Below, piece by piece: positions 53,517 to 64,000 of a stretch of 64,000 bases of DNA; the first letter of the stretch is position 1; each line of letters opens with the position of its first letter. A program made the position numbers and the translations under genes. The notes under the pieces are model-generated. The model did no database searches, was not told the origin of the DNA, and was given only the letters and a program-made list of their open reading frames with translations. This DNA is from Eledone cirrhosa. Lineage: Eukaryota. The stretch spans positions 332,444,001 to 332,508,000 of the forward strand of contig OZ024743.1 in NCBI GenBank assembly GCA_964016885.1. The letters are read 5' to 3'.

Positions 53517-54638
53517 GTATGATGATCTACTGCAGTTTTTGTCTTCCAGATGTTATCCACAAGGTACAGATGAACCCTATAGTAGAAGACACTTACTCAA
53601 GGTGCCATTGCAGTAGGATTGAACCCAAGACCATATGGTTACTGAACAAACTCCTTAACCACACAGTCATGTCTAGAATTACATTGAAAATATCTATTAA
53701 GTGGTGGCAGAGTCTTCAAACACTACTTCCAGTGGGTCTTGTCAGAAGCAACCATCTCCAACTGATTCAGCTGGATTCTCAAGCAAGATCAACTAAGCTC
53801 ATGAATTTTATCCAACTATCTTACTCAGGGTCTACTCTGGATCTCCTGGCAATTGGTTTTGTCTCTAAAATCTGTCCAGCGATTCTTTCCTAAGACATTC
53901 TAGCCACATGCCCATGGTATTAGAGCTGTGATATCTCCATTCAGAGAAGTAGTGGCTCTATCTGGAGTGATTCTCTGATCTCCGTAGTACATAGTCTATT
54001 GAGTAATGTTTTCTCCAAAGACCCTTCAGAGGAACTGTATTTTGGCTGCTTTTATTACCTATTATTTCAAATATAATAATTTCAACTTACAGTTTTGTAA
54101 GCTGACAAACCTAGTTTTTAAAACTTCTTGTTCTGTCCACTACGAAAATTATTATTCCTACATTTTCCCCTGCACATTCTACACTCACCTGCACCAAATC
54201 ATTTGACAGGTCATAACAACATACAACCGACACCACCACTTTGGATATTTCCACATCCCTGCAACTAATGAAAGATGTTTAGTGACTTAATTATTAATTG
54301 CAGGAAATTATGATATATTTACGTTAACTTATACAAATTTGTATTAAAAAAGATGTTTCTTTAAGAATCCTTATATGTTTCTCTGATATTTGTACCCTAG
54401 TTGGACTAAATGGTAACACCAGCCCTGTCTGAAGGTAACACCAAAAGCCACAGAATCCTGATAATAGTTTTTCTCAGAGCAGGTGCCGAGAGTACAACCT
54501 CATCAGCAAAAATGCAAAATCTTCACCTAAGAAAAATATTCAATTCAACAAGGTAATTTACCTGTAAGACAGACGCACACTTTTTTAATATCAAAGTAGA
54601 GAATTAATCAATGTCAAACCATACATTTTATAACATAT

Positions 54639-54843
54639 TGGTGGTGGTAGTGGTGATGGTGGTGGTGGTTGTGGTGGTGATGGTGGTGGTGGTGGTGGCG
54701 GCAGCAGTGTTGCTGGTGGTGGTGGTAGTGGTGGTGGTGGTGGTGGTGGTGCTTGTGGTGGTAGTGGGGGTGGCAGCAGCAGTTGTGGCGGCTGTGGTGG
54801 TGGTTTTAACGATGATGGTGAAGATAATGATAATAATAATAAT
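54639..54843. repeat. (GGT)n trinucleotide tract followed by (GAT/AAT)n
   Basis: Direct reading; explains the poly-V, poly-P and poly-T ORFs. Confidence 0.92.
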
Positions 54844-56786
54844 ATAGTGGGTAGTGAGGGAAAGTAATAAGACCATTTTTCATGCAGTATAGCAATAATA
54901 TATAGGAAAGCTGGCACCAGGAAATACATCCAGTTATAAAATTATGTGTTAAAATATGGCTGAAGTACATGGCAGCAAAACAAAAATGAGTTTTGACATT
55001 AACACTTTTGATACTAAACTGTATGACTCTACCTCTGGTTTTATGGTGCAAAGCTGTTTATATTAATCCCAAAACTTTCCATATTAATTATATGTAAGAA
55101 TCTTTATAAACTTTGTAATGAATCTTTATAAAGTTATGTTCTAAACATCAACTTGATAATGGTTTCTGATTTAGGCACAAGGCCAAATATTTTGGGAGAA
55201 AGGGAAAGTCGATTATATCACCCCAATGTATTACAGGTACTTTATTTTATCGACCCCGTAAGGATGAAAGGCAAAGCTAACCTCAGTGGGATTTGAACAC
55301 AGAATTTGAAGTGATGCAATTCTGTGGCACAAAGTAATTCTAATGTTCTACCAATACTGTCAATCCACTGCCCTAAACACCAACCTAATAATGACAGAGT
55401 TAGTTATGTTACTAAATCCGTCTAAATTCTTGATTATTTTCAAAATTATCAGAAAATCAATAGAGGTATCTTTCATTAGAAATATTATAAGAAAAAGAGT
55501 TGGTAAGGTGAACTGGAATGACAGTCATATGAATCACAGGTGCCTAATATAATACTGTTGGTGTAACTGTCAATATCTCCAGTCTGAAGAGAAGATAAAT
55601 CATGGTGGCAGGTCCATAACTTCTATGGGTAACCCTGAGCCAATCCTCTGTGAAATATATGTAACAGGTTGATACACAATAAAAAAACTAACTACATGTA
55701 AACGAAAGTTCGTCATTTTTTCTTAATATATACACTCTGCCTGTACATTGAGTGCTCATTTTGGTATCACCACCAGTAATTCACTGAATCATATACACTA
55801 TATCATCATCAATATTAAATGTCTATTTTCCACACTAGTATGGATTAGATGAGTTGTCCTGTTTGAGGCAAGTCAGGTCAGAATTGTTCCTGGCTTGCTT
55901 TCTATGGCAGGATGCCCTTCCTAATACATACATATGTAGTAGTAATTTGATGCTCTCCTCAATAAAGTTTTTTCACACTATCAAGCGGCTACAAAGAAGC
56001 TGACCTTTGGTGGCATCATAGATAATTCTCTATTGTGAATGGGCTTTTGAGTCACCAATATGCCTGAGATTTTGACTTATCTCATGTCCATCTGCTTATT
56101 CCCGTCTCATGAGATCAGCTCTCACAACCTACAGCCAGATTTTCTTTGGTCTCCCTCTACTGCACAGCATCATATGTAAACAAGATGCGGGCTTCTAGCC
56201 CCTGCTGGGGTACTATCTCAGTCTGTGAAAACCTGTCCAACCTTTGCTAGCAGAGAAAATGGCTGTTAAAGGATTATACATACATTATACATGCACATAC
56301 ACATATACACAATAAAAAGCACCCAATCCAAACTATAACATGGTTGGCTTTTGGAAGGGCATCCAGCTGTAGAAACCAAGCCAAAATACAGATTCATATG
56401 AGCATGACAGTCTCCAGACCTGACTTGTTTCATAACGAGACAACCCAATTAACCTATGCAGGCATGGAAAATGGACATTAAATGATGATGATGATGTGTA
56501 CATATGTATGTATAAGTGTGTATATATGTGTATGTATGTTTGCATACAGATTTATAGGCATACACACAAACACACACACTTACTTTAGTTGATTAATGGT
56601 TTAATCAGTAAATATACTTTCATCCCCAGAACTGTCTAATTATCATAATAATGGTGTCTGAAACATATGTAATCCATCAAAGCTTCTACTCCATGCTAAC
56701 AACTGTGTGACTTCATTCTTGCTGATTTTCTTGATAATATATCATGTTTATTTGTGTGTATGTGTGGGTGTGTATATGTACATATA

Positions 56787-56846
<60 letters not shown>

Positions 56847-57119
56847 CATCATCACCATCATAGTTCTTACGTCTATTTTTTCCATATATATATATGTGTG
56901 TGTGTGTATGTATATATATATATATATATATTTATTTATTAAAATAACAGATTAAAGTTTAAGCAAAGAATCACTGCTTTCACCCTTAACGGGATCTTCT
57001 GAAACTAACAAAGTCAATCTGTGAACACAGAAGTGAATATTTCAAAAAACGTTGCAAACGGTTCTTATATATTTATCCTTATCGGCCCCTCTTTGGATTT
57101 TAGTCTTCAAATTTATTAT

Positions 57120-57160
<41 letters not shown>

Positions 57161-57163
<3 letters not shown>

Positions 57164-58840
57164 CACCACAGACGCTCTTTTCATAGTACGACAACTACAG
57201 GAGAAGTACCTAGCTAAAGGTAAACCCCTCTACTTAGCTTTTGTCGACCTGGAGAAAGCCTTCGACAGAGTCCCCCGCTCCATTATCTGGTGGGCTCTTA
57301 GAAAACTAGGCGTTGACGAATGGCTTGTGAGGGCTATACAAGCCATGTATAAAGAAACAGTCAGCAAGGTTAGAATTAACAACGAATATAGTGAAGTGTT
57401 TAGCGTAAAAGTTGGCGTCCATCAGGGCTCTGTTCTCAGCCCCCTACTATTTATTATTGCCCTTCAGGCTATAACAGAGGAGTTCAAGACAGGCTGCCCA
57501 TGGGAACTCCTATACGCAGACGACCTGACACTCATAGCGGAATCAATGGCCGAGCTAGAGAAGAAATTCCAAACATGGAAGCACGGCCTAGAGTCAAAAG
57601 GACTTAAAATTAACCTGGCTAAGACCAAAGTTCTAGTTTGTAGGAAAGAAAACAAGGCGGCGGTCCCTTCTGGGAAATGGTCGTGCTCGGTATGTAGGAA
57701 AGGCGTAGGTAGAAACTCCATCTTATGTCCTAAATGCAAAGTATGGGTGCATAAAAGATGTAGTGGGATCACAGGTAAGCTAACTAAGAACATAGACTTT
57801 ACATGTGGCCGGTGTTCTGGTGCAATAAGTAGCAGCAAGTGCCCACAAAATACTAGCTCTTTCAATTGCGCAGAGGGTTCTATAGAAATAGTGGACAGCT
57901 TCCGTTACCTGGGCGATAAAATCAGCAGTGGGGGAGGGTGCTCTGAAAGTACTGTAGCTAGAGTCAGAACTGGTTGGAAAAAGTTCAGAGAGCTTATACC
58001 ACTATTAGCTGCTAAAGGGTTCTCCCTAAAAATGAAAGGCAAGTTGTACGATGCCTGCATACGAACAGCAATGTTGCATGGTAGTGAGACCTGGGCATTG
58101 TGTGCAGAGGATATACGCAGACTAGAGAGGAACGAAGCTTGCATGCTCCGCTGGATGTGTAACAGTAATACACGTGAACGGCAAAGCATAAACGAACTAA
58201 GGAAAAAATTAGAGATAAGAGGGATCAGATGTTGTTTACTCGAGAGAAGGCTGCGTTGGTATGGACACGTGATGCGCATGAAAGTCGATAGCTGTATTAC
58301 AAAGTGCAGGGCAATAAAGATAGACGGTAGCCACGGAATAGGCAGACCTAGAAAAACATGGGATGAGCTGATAAACTCCGACCTCACACACTTACACCTC
58401 TCCAAGACAATGTCACTGGACCGTGACCTTTGGCGGTACTCAGTAACAGAGAAGACCCGCCTTGCCAGTAGGCATCTCTAACAAAATACACCCCGTCCCG
58501 CCACCACCCCCACCCCATCCACACCACCCCGTTCTATGTAAAGTTATGTTGGTGCCGCGCCATCCAGGCCGAAACAAATGAGATCGTGTAGGTGTCACGA
58601 CAAAAAAACACACAGTCCACGCTGTAATGTGGCCGTGAAGGCAACACGGTAAAAACCTCCCAGACCCACACTGTAAATGTGGTTGGTGTTAGGAAGGGCA
58701 TCCAACTGTAGAAAACCTGCCAGACAGTCCTATGCGAGCAAGACAATCACTCTTGCCTCAAGTGGGACTACCCCCGTCCAAACCCATGCAAGCGTGGAAC
58801 ACGGACGTTAAACGATGATGATGATGATGATGATGATGAT
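57161..58840 (+). mobile_element. 5'-truncated RTE-clade LINE with 3' UTR and (GAT)n tail
   Basis: Starts after (TA)n; open RT frame; UTR ends ggacgttaaac(gat)n. Confidence 0.93.
57162..58481 (+). CDS. RTE ORF remnant: RT with internal PHD-type finger; uninterrupted, no start codon
   Basis: STTDALF, FVDLEKAFDRVP, GVHQGSVLSPLLF, LLYADDL, KINLAKTK, C4HC3 insert, FRYLG, MLHGSETW, RRLRWYGHV, GRPRKTW. Confidence 0.9.
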
Positions 58841-58860
58841 ATATATATATGTATATGTAT

Positions 58861-59207
58861 ATCATCATTTCATCATCATTTCATTTTACGTCCGCTTTTT
58901 CCCTGCTTGCAAGGGTGGGATGGGAACTGATGCTGGCTTGATTTCTACACCTGGATGCCCTCCCTAACACCAACCTCATTTACAGTGAGTGCTGGGTGCT
59001 TTTTTGCCGTGGCACCTCCACGACCACTTTACAGTGGAATGATAGGGACACCAGTCCCTATCATCTCATTTCTACAGCTGAGTAAACTGGAGCAATGTGA
59101 AATAAAGTGCCTTGCTCAAGGAAACAACACATCACCCGGTCTGAGAATTGAACTCACAACCTTTCGATTGCAAGGCCAATGCTCTAACCACTAAGCCATG
59201 TGCCTCC
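58861..59207 (-). mobile_element. tRNA-SINE, same family as 46193
   Basis: Near-identical reverse complement of 46193-46535. Confidence 0.92.
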
Positions 59208-59278
59208 ATTTATATATATAGGAAAAGAGTCAGGACCCCAACGGCTGAGCTCCGGCCATTTCGACAGCTAGATCCGAA

Positions 59279-59313
<35 letters not shown>

Positions 59314-59317
<4 letters not shown>

Positions 59318-59420
59318 AAATAATTACAACAGTGACATAAACAGGTAGTTATGATTCATTGGGTTCTGGACCCAACGAATCATAAGTACCCATTTATGTC
59401 ACTGTTGTAATTATTTATAC
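59314..59420. repeat. 107-bp near-perfect hairpin
   Basis: gtataaataattacaacagtgacataaa...tttatgtcactgttgtaattatttatac; ~51-bp arms, ~5-nt loop, ~4 mismatches. Confidence 0.9.
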
Positions 59421-60352
59421 TAAACTCCTTCTATGGACTGCTCTTACCTTTGGATATTTCTACCAAACATTTACTACAGTATATATAAGTGTGTGTGTGA
59501 TAATTGCCACCTCTTTACAGGAGTCATCTCTTCAATGGATTCCCTGCTATTATGAACCACCGCCAACTGAAGGTTGCTGGTCAGTTTGATGTTTGAACAG
59601 GCTTTGTTTAGATCACCTTATCTAGACTCTCCCATGTGGTATAGGTGAACTGTGTGTCCCTAAAAAGGGCTGCTCAGGTGCTCAAGACTCCACCAAAGCA
59701 TGTTGCTGTTCAGGGTAACAGTTCAGCGACATTAGGATAAGACTTGAGCCACCCACGTGTAGATTTGTGACTATGTGCTTCTAATTGGTCGCGTCTACAC
59801 ACCTTGCCACTCCTCCACTGCTGTGGGACTTGTGAAGAAATGTCTGCACATAAAGATGGCAATGCTACATGTTTGTGCTACACTCATAGCACCCACTCCA
59901 CCCCCTCAGCTATGTCCTGTGACAAGCCATAGCAAGATAACAGAACAGTTATGAGGATCATGCATTATTGTCATGGAGTTTCACCTCTCTAGGCTGTGTA
60001 GCTGTACTCACCATGCCTGGCCAATTGCAGGTTGGTGAGGCTATTTAACCCATAGTTGGGGTTGACTCCGTGGAATTCATCCTCCCTTAGACAGCTCTTG
60101 TTTTTGTGCTGCTGGGTTTCCACTTACCCTCCTCACCAGACCAGGGTCTTGTAAGGAACTGGTTTAGTTACCATGAAATAGGGTGTACGAGGCTACATAG
60201 TACTAGTAGCAGGCAGAGACCTGACCTGACACATAAGATATATATATATTCATACACACACACACACTCACACACATGCATATAGCATCAAGTACTCGTA
60301 TAGCTGCAACTCCTGCTATAACAAAACAACGCACACACACAGTGTGTGGTTA

Positions 60353-61573
60353 CTGGGTTGGACAGAAAGTTCCTGACATTTTTCAAAAGGAAATATTTTT
60401 CTGGAAATGTTGAAGGTTGCACATGTGCACATATATAAGAGGTGATGTTGGTATGCACTATGTGCATTTCTCATTTTCTGTTACACTGTCGAAGGGGAAT
60501 AAATATGGATATATCCAAATTGTTTATTTGTGACTGTTTACTTTATGGCTTCAAATCTGACCTAGGAACAGCAGCATTGAGTTGTCACATTAACAATACA
60601 TTTGGGTCACACATTATATCTGAACTACTATCAGGGACTGGCTCACATACTTCCATTCTGGTAATTACAGCCTTGAAGATCAACCTCACGCAGGACATTC
60701 ATCTGAGACAAGCAACAGCATAAGCTGTTAGAAGTCAACCCATACATCATGTCAACTCTCCAAAGTGCTAGGCGCATTGAAAACAACTATCCTCAATCAC
60801 TTGCATGCAAAATGGAAGATGTTCAAGATGGAACAGTGGGTTCTCCACATTCTGACTGTCCATAATCATGAATGTCAAGCAGCAGCTGTGACTTCTCTGC
60901 TCTGCTATCATCGCACAACCAACTGGTTACATTCCAATGTCACTTGGGATGAAAATGGTGTCTCTACATTAATGTCATGTGCAAGCAGTCGTGGGTTGAT
61001 GAAGAGGGTGCAACATGACAGCAAGCAAAGGCTGGCCTCTACCCTTGCAAGGCCCTACTGAGAGTCTGGTGGGACTGGAGAGGTGTCATCCACTACAAAC
61101 TGCTCACACTGAACACCAGCATAACCTCTGACATCTATTGCCAACAACTTGTCAGATTAGTGGTGAAAATCACACAGGCTTGCCTACACTATGGTCCTGT
61201 TTGATTCCTTTATGATAAGACTCAACTGCATGCATCAAAGATGATCAGTGAGAAGCTGATGGAGCTAAATTGGGAGGTTCTGCCTCACCTGCCTTACTGG
61301 CCCTACAGACTATCCCCTTTTTCTCTCAACCAGCAATGCAATGCACTCAAAGTCCTTTGCCAATGAAGACCAGTTAAATCAGTGGTTGGTGGAATTCTTT
61401 GCATTGAAACCAGAAGAATTCTACAGGGATGGAATCATGACTTTCTAAACAATGACAAATGGTAATTGAAATGATGGCGATTATTTTGACGTGTAAAATG
61501 TTTCTAATGTTAAAAAAAGCCGAAGTCAATAAAAATTTGAAAAACAACAACTAGAACTTTCTGTCCAACATAA
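60353..61573 (+). mobile_element. Decayed mariner (Tc1/mariner) DNA transposon
   Basis: TIR core gttggacagaaagttc / gaactttctgtccaac, TA on both sides, ~1.22 kb; remnants WVLHIL (WVPHEL), VTWDE, VWWDWRGVIHY, WEVLPHLPYWP, FYRDGI. Confidence 0.88.
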
Positions 61574-61617
61574 TACATATATATAATATATATATATTAT
61601 ATATAAATATATATATA

Positions 61618-62534
61618 TCATCATCATCATCATCATCAACGTTTAGCGTCCGTGTTCCACGCTTGCGTGGGTTTGGACGGGGGTTTTCCCACTTGAGGCA
61701 AGAGTGATTGTCTTGCTCGCATAGGACTGTCTGGCGGGTTTTCTACAGTTGGATGCCCTTCCTAACACCAACCACATTTACAGTGTGGGGCTGGGAGGTT
61801 TTTACCGTGTTGCCTACACGGCCACATTACAGCGTGGACTGTCTGGCGGGTTTTCTACAGCTGGATGCCCTTCCTAACACCAACCACATTTACAGTGTGG
61901 GGCTGGGAGGTTTTTACCGTGTTGCCTACACGGCCACATTACAGCGTGGACTGTGTGTTTTTTTTGTCGTGACACCTACACGATCTCATTTGTTTCAGCC
62001 TGGATGTTGTGGCACCAACATAACTTTACATTGAAAGGGGCGGTGTGGATGGGGTGGGGGTGGTGGGACGGGGGTGTATTTTGTTAGAGATGCCTACTGA
62101 CTGTAGTAGGTTTTACTTTGTATTTAGGTAAGGCGGGTCTTCTCTATTACTGAGTACCGCCAAAGATCTCGGTCCAGTGACATTGTCTTGGAGAGGTGTA
62201 AGTGTGTGAGGTCAGAATTTATCAGCTCGTCCCAGGTTTTTCTGGGTCTGCCTATTCCGTGGCTACCGTCTATCTTTATTGCCCTGCACTTTGTTATACA
62301 GCTATCGTCTTTCATGCGCATCGCGTGACCATACCAACGTAGCCTTCTCTCGAGTAAACAACATCTGATCCCTCTTATTTTTAATTTTTTCCTTAGTTCG
62401 TTTATGCTTTGCCGTTCACGTATATTACTATTACACATCCAGCGGAGCATGCAAGCTTCGTTCCTCTCTAGTCTGCGTATATCCTCTGCACACAATGCCC
62501 AGGTCTCACTGCCATGCAACATTGCTGTTCGTAT
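61618..62534 (-). mobile_element. Short 5'-truncated copy of the 57161 RTE
   Basis: C-terminal peptide almost identical; 112-bp tandem duplication in the UTR (61724/61836). Confidence 0.92.
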
Positions 62535-62578
62535 ATATATATATGTGTATATATATATATATATATATACATATACAT

Positions 62579-62935
62579 GCAGGCACATGGCTTAGTGGTT
62601 AGAGCATTGGCCTTGCAATCGAAAGGTTGTGAGTTCAATTCTCAGATCGGGTGATGTGTTGTTTCTTGAGCAAGACACTTTATTTCACATTGCTCCAGTT
62701 TACTCAGTTGTAGAAATGAGATGATAGGGATTGGGGTCCCTATCATTCCACTGCAAAGTGGTCGTGGAGGTGCCACGGCAAAAAAGCACCCAGCACTCAC
62801 TGTAAATGAGGTTGGTGTTAGGAAGGGCATCCAGCTGTAGAAATCAAGCCAAAATCAGTTCCCGTCCCACCCTTGCAAGCAGGGAAAAAGCGGACGTAAA
62901 ATGAAATGATGATGATGATGATGATGATGATGATG
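62579..62935 (+). mobile_element. tRNA-SINE, same family as 46193
   Basis: Near-identical sequence, (GAT)n tail. Confidence 0.92.
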
Positions 62936-63414
62936 CACCAGCACTATCACTTTTCCAGAGTGGACTGAGTGTATTTTATAGTGACACCACCACAATAATA
63001 ATAATCCACATTGTGAAAGTTGAAAATATGAAATACTATTTGTTAGATTTACATTTCAAATAATCTGGAAAATACAATATCAAATTTAAAATCGATAAGA
63101 CCGAGGAACGTTTTGCTCAGAGTTCCTTATACTCTGAAGAAGGAATTTTTAGTCCCAAAATATTAGGACAAAAAACAAAAAGACTATAATAATAAATACC
63201 TGGTAACAAACTTTTCCGGGTAACGAACTTTTCTTAACCTTCTTAAACATATCATTCATTTTCTATATTATATAATTACTTTATTATTTGTTGGTAAATT
63301 AACATCGCCATTTCCAGACCTGCCAACCTCTAAAAACCCAAACGAGGAGTACCATGAAAACAAGTGCCCCAAAACGAGGAGAAATGAGGCAAAATGGGGA
63401 CATTTTACATAATT

Positions 63415-63600
63415 GTTTCTACTTTAGGCACAAGGCCAGCAATTACCCAGTGCATTACTGGTACTTTATTTTATCGACCCCGTAAGAATGAAAGGCAAAG
63501 TCAACCTCGGCGGGATTTGAACTCAGATCATAAAGGGACGTAACTATGCTGGAAAGCATGGCGTCCGACCCTCTACCGATACTGCCAATCCACCGCCCAA
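63415..63600 (-). mobile_element. SINE-like dispersed repeat (related copies ~55165-55372, ~4750-4900, ~7590-8420)
   Basis: Shared ggtactttattttatcgaccccgtaag.atgaaaggcaaag...gggatttgaac block with a B-box-like gagttcaaatc on the minus strand. Confidence 0.7.
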
Positions 63601-64000
63601 TGAGGACATTTTACATAATGAAAGCTATACCCATTTTCACAAGCGAAGACATCTCTCACCACCACCACCACCCCCATAAAGTGGGTGGGAGATCTCCCCA
63701 TCAGACGGGGAGAGTTGACAGGTCTGCATTAATTCTGACACCAACTTTACCATTCCTAACTAAAACTGTTCATATTAACATTAGTCATGTTTACAAAGCT
63801 GTTTGGAAGATGAAACCTTCCAATTCTGAGCTCATCCGAGCATGTTTTACATTATATATTTTCATTTAATAAACATTTCAGTCTGTCAACAAGTAGTTAC
63901 TTATTCTCTGAATCCCTGGTTAGTCTGGATATTTTTTCATTCTCTTCAAAGACTCTATTCCCTGATTCTTGTTGCCATAATAATTCAACGGTGTCTGTTT

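Noticed and set aside
54591-54929. Proline-rich or threonine-rich protein exon
   Set aside because: Simple (GGT)n tract with no splice or homology support.
57161-62935. Composite transposon formed by inverted RTE/SINE copies around the mariner
   Set aside because: The order of RTE and SINE is not mirror-symmetric and each piece has its own ends; independent insertions are simpler.

Overview
Eukaryotic, AT-microsatellite-rich DNA with no confidently identifiable host gene. The SINE, LINE and microsatellite make-up suggests a coleoid cephalopod (octopus-like); this is inference, not a database result. The window holds: (i) a 67-bp satellite (1-3579); (ii) a 12-kb 32-bp satellite (9345-21450) containing a 5'-truncated L1/Tx1-type LINE and two 3'-end stubs of it, all joined at the same repeat phase; (iii) three Penelope-like retroelements (RT + C-terminal GIY-YIG, Naiad-like motifs), each a sense copy fused to an inverted 3' arm and each sitting in (TA)n, one a ~11-kb palindrome nested inside another; (iv) about ten type I hammerhead ribozyme motifs read by eye, several with greatly extended stem II or non-canonical cores; (v) RTE-clade LINEs with a PHD-type C4HC3 finger inside the RT domain, partner tRNA-SINEs and a 48-bp minisatellite derived from the RTE 3' UTR; (vi) a decayed mariner. 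Most ORFs in the supplied track are artefacts of simple repeats. Coordinates were counted by hand and may be off by a few bases.
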